NCBI GenBank assembly: GCA_013265495.1 | Contig: MU058781.1 | Span: 5,831,050 to 5,858,544, forward strand | From: Vicugna vicugna | Lineage: Eukaryota | Direction of reading: 5' to 3' | Length of the DNA stretch: 27,495 nucleotides | Part shown: piece after piece, positions 22,170 through 27,495 of the stretch | How the letters are laid out: every line of letters begins with the position of its first letter | Position numbering within the stretch: the first letter of the stretch is position 1 | Notes under the pieces: generated by a model | Database searches by the model: none | What the model saw: only the letters and a program-made list of their open reading frames with translations | Told to the model about the DNA's origin: nothing | Translations under genes and position numbers: made by a program

Positions 22170-22500
22170 CCACTTGCGCTACACAACACTGAACAACCCG
22201 AGGAAGGCCACAGCCACTGCACCGCCACGTGGACCGTATACGCGGTCTGCAGAGGGCAGCTCAACACGAGCACCTGCCACACCAGGGGGGCCCTGAAGCT
22301 GCGCTGGAGTTTTCCTCTCTGGGGATTTAGGGTGCTTTGGAGTACCGGCTCTCACAAAACAGCAACTGGGCCGTCAGTGGCTCCTGGAAAACGCGCTGCA
22401 GCAGTCACCGGGAAAGGCTGCAGCCCCCTGGACCGTGCCCCAGAGAATAACCAACAGAGCGCGGCGAGTCTGCATTCACCCACCTAGGTCACGGTCTGTT
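22170..22500. promoter_or_regulatory. Small CpG-enriched, GC-rich segment (borderline CpG island)
   Basis: About 19 CpGs counted by eye in ~325 bp, against a CpG-depleted background; no repeat recognised. Confidence 0.4.
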
Positions 22501-23604
22501 TGTCTACAAATCTTCTAGACAGCCAAAAGGTCAGGCTTGGACATGAATGTGACACTCAGGACAGAAAAAGAAGAAAACTCAGCAAAGGTTCCTCACTGTG
22601 CTAAACAGACGAAGATCAGCTTACATGAAACGCTGAGAAGTGATGTGGTATTTAAACATTTCGTCAGTAGTCAATGTTGCTGACTGATCAGTTTCTTAAT
22701 TTGGTCATCTAACGATGGCTCGACTTTTGGCATAATTTTATAGGCAAGAAAACTGGAAGTTGGGTAAGAATATCATGCAAAAAAACTAGCAAACTGCAAG
22801 TTGAAATTCTCTATTCCCAACTTACTGAACATCAATAGGAAAATGTAATATGTATTATAAAATAATATATAGTATTAAACAATCTTTCCCTGATGTCAAA
22901 ATATTGTTGAAAAAGATGTGTGACATGCCTCGTGCATTCATCTCCATCAAATCCCATTCTGAATTCCTTGCTAACAAGTGCAAATATTGACTTTTTAGTG
23001 GCATTTTTAACATGTGATATTAAAAAAAATCCTACTCCTCCCTTTGAAAAGGAACTTCCGAGGATGCCAAATTAATTTTGAAGATGTCTTTTCATTTTAT
23101 TTCAGCCAAGATATTTTTTCTCCTTTGATATTTTACCCAAATAGAATTCTTAGAAATGGGGAAAAAATAGTAAGAATGTATTTCCAGAGTAGAATAGCCT
23201 TTCAGAATTGAAAATGTTACATTAATCCTTTCCTGTTATCCAGTCTTGGCTTTTTAAATTCCCTTAAGAAGAAAATACCACACATTCATATTATGTTGCC
23301 AGCACTGGATGTGTTATTTCTTCGGATTTCTGATTTGGCCGATAAGAATTTTCATGACATGAAACAGTTAAATAAGCAATTTCTAGTGACTTCACAAATA
23401 TGATCCTCCCTGACGTGGGAATTCTCAATCAAAATCCACTCTAGTAGTTGAGTGAAAACAGTATGACACTGAATCTAACTACTTTTGTAAAAACTGTTTA
23501 ACCGCAAACAACAACTTTTTGTAAGTTTACAACAAGGTAATGAGCACTGAGCTTCTCCAAAAAACATTAAAAAAAAAAAGGATTCCTTGTATATTTAGAA
23601 ATGA

Positions 23605-24030
23605 ATTCCTTCATTTCTTCTTACCTTCCATGAATATTTATTAAGCTATATTATGTATAGAAATGGGCTTAATACTTGGAATACAAGGTTTAAAATAAGC
23701 CAGGGTCCACTCTCAGGAGCCGCCCACAGAGAACGCTCCAGAAACAAAGAACTGCAGTGCCCGGCAGAGGGAGAGGGGACATTGCCAGCAGGCCCTGGTG
23801 AGTGAAGAGGTCACTGGGCAGAGAAGCAGCATTTCATGCAGGGGGACCCACATGAAGAAAGGCATGATTATTAAATACGTAGTATGTTTAGAACAGAAAT
23901 AAGTACTATGTGGGGAGATAGGAGGGACGGCAGATGAGATGTGACCTGTAAGCTGATAATGAATTCCAAGGGGGTCTTGAAAAATCACACAACAAAATTC
24001 AAATTTTATCTTCTAGGGAAGGAAAAGCTA
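23605..24030 (-). mobile_element. LINE-2 3' segment
   Basis: 'catgaatatttattaagctatattatgt', 'cttggaatacaagg', 'ctctcaggagc', 'aaaattcaaattttatc'. Confidence 0.72.
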
Positions 24031-24079
24031 ACAAAATCCTTTAAATTCTGCCTTTCACGTCATCATATTCATTCATTAC

Positions 24080-24290
24080 TAAAGTAAATACCAAAAGAGT
24101 ATAATTTTTCAAGAAAAAAATACTAATCACCCTCATGCAACAAACATCTTCATTTTCGCTTTATTTACTTCTAGTCTTTGTTGACAGACACTTGTTTCCC
24201 TCACTACTTTGTAACCAATGTGTTTACAATTTTCAAGTATTTTACACTTAACACTGTATTCGTTTTTCCATACTCTGCCATACTTCTACA
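24080..24290 (-). mobile_element. Possible old L1ME 3' fragment separating the two L2 pieces
   Basis: 'cattttcgctttatttacttctagtctttg', 'tttacacttaacactgtat'; weak similarity only. Confidence 0.35.
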
Positions 24291-24349
24291 TACTGTCAAC
24301 AGTTTTCAGGAATGAGAATAATTCAATCAGACCCTTTCTTTAGGAAGGT

Positions 24350-24820
24350 GAGTCTCAAAATAGTAGGATGGACAGAATACAGAAAGGAAACATTTAAGGC
24401 AAGCACACCCTTTTGAAAGTGGCTGCAATGGTCCAGAGAAATGATGTTAGTGAAAGAGAACAAAGCAAGGAGACAGAGAGACGTGGGTAGACGGTAACAT
24501 ATCTGAGAGATGAAACTGCAGCGTGTGGTCAAGGGATGAAGTACAGGAAGAAGGGGATGATGTTGAGGACCAATGACTGGCTGGTTGTTGATCCCATTTC
24601 TCTCAATAAAGAACCCATAAGGGGAGACAGGACAGTGACAGATGCAGGTTTAGACTCAAGTTGAAGATACCTTTGGATATTCACATTGGAGCCATCAGGG
24701 AGGAAGCTGGAAACCAACGACCTCAAACTCCAAAGAGAAAGAGAGAGCCACGTTAGTCATTAGTCATCGTGGTAGCGATGCCACGAGGCGAGGGTGCCTT
24801 CAGGGAGAGTGTGTGCAGGA
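24350..24820 (-). mobile_element. LINE-2 segment, continuation of 23605-24030
   Basis: 'ggctgcaatggtccagagaaatgatg', 'gttgaagatacctttggatattcacattggag', 'cagggagagtgtgt'. Confidence 0.72.
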
Positions 24821-25307
24821 ACCAACTCGGGTGAGTTTCAGTTTTCACTCCAACAGCGTGCAGATGTGGCAGTTTCATTCTAACTTTTTTTGATGCAGGG
24901 CAAACATCTCCCTTCAAAGCTCTCAAACTGTCACCGAGGAAGGGTACCTTCCAAGTAAATCAACATCTGTTTTGACGATGCCTATTAGAAGACAATTCAC
25001 TGGGTTTCCTGAGCTGGTGTGGCTTCGCTCACAGTTCTACCAAACCACACAGCTGCTCTGAAGGACGGAGGTAACCGTAAGCCTGCGATAACATCAGGAG
25101 AAGAGCGAGTTATAACACATTTCACTGAAGGCAGGCCTGGGACTGCTGTGCAGAACATCGGCTTAGGGACGTGAAGGGTAACTAACTCCTCTAAGCTCGA
25201 AAGCATTTAAGAGCTTTCCAATGATGGACTTCAAGGAGGGTACCAGGCTGGCTCCCCTCTTTTGTCTGCCTTCCAAAAGCAGGGCCCATGATTCAGATGG
25301 CCCTTTG

Positions 25308-25341
25308 GAAACCCTGCAATCCTCGAAACCCTGCAATCCTC
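25308..25341. repeat. Perfect 17-bp tandem duplication (gaaaccctgcaatcctc)x2
   Basis: Copies at 25308-25324 and 25325-25341 are identical. Confidence 0.97.
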
Positions 25342-25937
25342 AAGACTGCCTCACGGTAAATAACACAAGTGACATAGTTTCTAACTAGACAAATGCCTTT
25401 TTTAAAACCAGTTTTTCTCTTTTGCAGCCCTGGATGGTGACCTGTCAGGAGCTACCCCAGGCAGCACTGAAGACTTCCAAAACAGCAACACCAGCATCTT
25501 GTATTTCACTAAAGTCATGTGCTTTACTGTTTCTTTCATTTTCTCCCTAGTTATTCCTCCACCTTAGAGCCTTGAGCCAAGGCTCAAAGATACATCAACT
25601 ACATCTGGAAGAAGCCAAGCAGAGGAAAATCTAGTCAGGTCTCCACAAAGCACGTATTAGAAAGCCTCTTTTGCCCTTAATAGTGCCTTGAGAATCTTGC
25701 TTTTTTTTTTTTCCTTCCCTTCACTGATAATCTGAGAAAAAGCCCCGTCCCAGTTCACTCCGTGACACTTTCCCGTTTACCAAGCCTCCGGGAGTCAAAA
25801 TGAGATGGAGACCCAGAGGAAGATACTTCCCTGTCACTGTGCTTGAATGTTGTCTGTTAACACAAACTTAACTCAGCTTTGGAACAGCTTTGCTAAACAG
25901 TGACAGAGCAAGAGTCAAAAAAGAAAAAAAAAGTTGT

Positions 25938-27140
25938 AAGAATGAAGCTGGAGGAATAACCCTCCCAGACTTCAGACAATACTACAGAGCTACAGTCATC
26001 AAAACAGTATGGTATTGGGCACAAAATCAGATCTATGGATCAATGGAACAAAACACAGAGCCTAGAAATAAACCCACAGACCTACGGTCAATCTCCAACA
26101 AAGGAGGCAAAAATATACAATGGAGAAAAGACAGCCTCTTCAGCAAGTGGTGTTGGGAAAACTGGACAGCTGTGTGTAAATCAATGAAGTTAGAAAACCC
26201 CCTCACTCCAGACACAAAAATAAACTGAAAATAGCTTAAAGATTTAGATACTATAAATCTCCCAGAAGAAAACATAGGCAAAACATTCTCTGACATAAAT
26301 CTTAGCAATGTTCTCCTAGGACAGTCTACCCAGGCTATAGAAATAAAAGAAGAAATAAACAAATGGGATCTAATTAAACTTTAAAGCTTTTTCACAGCAA
26401 AGGAAACTATAACTAAAAAGACAACCTACAGAATGGGGGAAAATATTTGCAAATGATATGACTGACAACTTCCAGAACATATAAACAGCTCATACAACTT
26501 AATAAAAAAAAAAACCCAATCCAAAAAATGGGCAGAAGACCTAAACAAGCAATTCTCCAATGAAGACATACAAATAGTCAATAGGTACATGAAAAAATGC
26601 TCAATATCAATAATTATCAGAGAAATGCAAGTCAAAACTACAATAAGGTACCACCTCACACCAGTCAGAATGGCCATCATTCAAAAGTCCATGAATGCTA
26701 AATGCTGTGGAGAGGGTGTGGAGAAAAGGGAACCCTCCTACACTGTTGGTGGGGATGTAGTTTGGTGCAGCCATTATGGAAAACAGTAATAAGATTCCTT
26801 TTAAAAAAAAGAAAAATTAACTTACTATATGACCCAGCAATCCTACTCCTGGGCATGTATCTGGAGGGAACTCTAATTCAAAGAGATACATGCACCCCAA
26901 TGTTCATAGCAGCACAATTTACAACAGCTAAGACGTGGAAACAACTTAAATGTCCATTGACAGATGACTGGATAATGAAGTTGTGTATATATACAATGGA
27001 ATACTACTCAGTTATAAAAAAGAATAAAATAATGCCATTTGCAGCAACATGGATGGACCTGGAGATTGTCATTCTAAGTGAAATAAGCCAGAAAGAGAAA
27101 GAAAAATACTAGATGATATCACTTATATATGGAATCTAAC
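25938..27140 (+). pseudogene. Frameshifted LINE-1 ORF2p C-terminal remnant (non-functional)
   Basis: ORFs 25890-26228, 26589-26789 and 26702-27112 are fragments of one ancestral reading frame broken by stops and frameshifts; the endonuclease and RT domains are absent. Confidence 0.93.
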
Positions 27141-27466
27141 AAAAAAGACACAAATGAACTTATTTACAAAACAGCAACAGACTCACCAACAAAGAAAACA
27201 AACTTACAATTATCAGTGGGGAAAGGGGGTGGGAAGGGATAAATTGGGAGTTTGAGATGTGCAGATACTAACTACTATATATAAAACAGATAAACAATCA
27301 AGTTTCTACTGTATAGCACAGGGAACTATATACTGAAACTACAATGAAAAAGAACATGAAAAGGAATATAGGTATGGGTATGCATGACTAAAACATTATA
27401 TGGTACACTAGAAATTGATACATTGTAAACTGACTGTACATCAATAAAAAAAAGAAAAGAAAATTT
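25938..27466 (+). mobile_element. 5'-truncated young LINE-1 (ORF2 C-terminal part, 3'UTR, A-rich tail), artiodactyl/camelid-type
   Basis: ORF2 motifs split across frames: [68 protein letters not shown] (Cys-rich domain), CTPMFIAA, YTMEYYS. G-rich 3'UTR tract, AATAAA at ~27443, A-rich tail and flanking TSD. Confidence 0.97.
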
Positions 27467-27495
27467 AAAAAGAAAAAAGTTGTAAAAAAAAAAAA

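Noticed and set aside
22278..22295. CTCF-like ACACCAGGGGGGCCC
   Set aside because: Mismatches at the first C and at the conserved GGC position of the core; too weak to call by eye
25412..25640. Two plus-strand acceptor-like sites (AG ending at 25427 and 25550)
   Set aside because: No convincing downstream donor or poly(A) signal, and no recognisable peptide
26033..26680. Minus-strand ORFs of 109 and 84 aa
   Set aside because: Antisense translations of L1 ORF2, a common source of spurious hypothetical proteins

Overview
This is mammalian non-coding genomic DNA, roughly half of it recognisable transposable-element relics. I find no intact protein-coding gene, RNA gene, CRISPR array or prokaryote-style system. 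The ORF track is mostly chance ORFs; the only recognisable protein motifs are frameshifted LINE-1 ORF2 fragments at 25.9-27.1 kb. Contents: an ancient L1 at 1-2.9 kb, many MIR and L2 relics, L1MB 3' ends, a MER53 hAT MITE, an MLT1 LTR, and two well-preserved solo ERV LTRs (8658-9132, nested in a younger L1; 10299-10832). A 5'-truncated young L1 with a target-site duplication closes the window. The young L1 3' ends and the absence of Alu, B1, Bov-tA, PRE-1, Can-SINE or ERE elements suggest a camelid host (inference). LTR/L1 orientation bias and a good minus-strand acceptor plus poly(A) signal at 18.3-18.6 kb suggest the window lies within or at the 3' end of an unidentified minus-strand gene. 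Repeat family names come from recalled consensus sequences and their boundaries are approximate; no database search was run.
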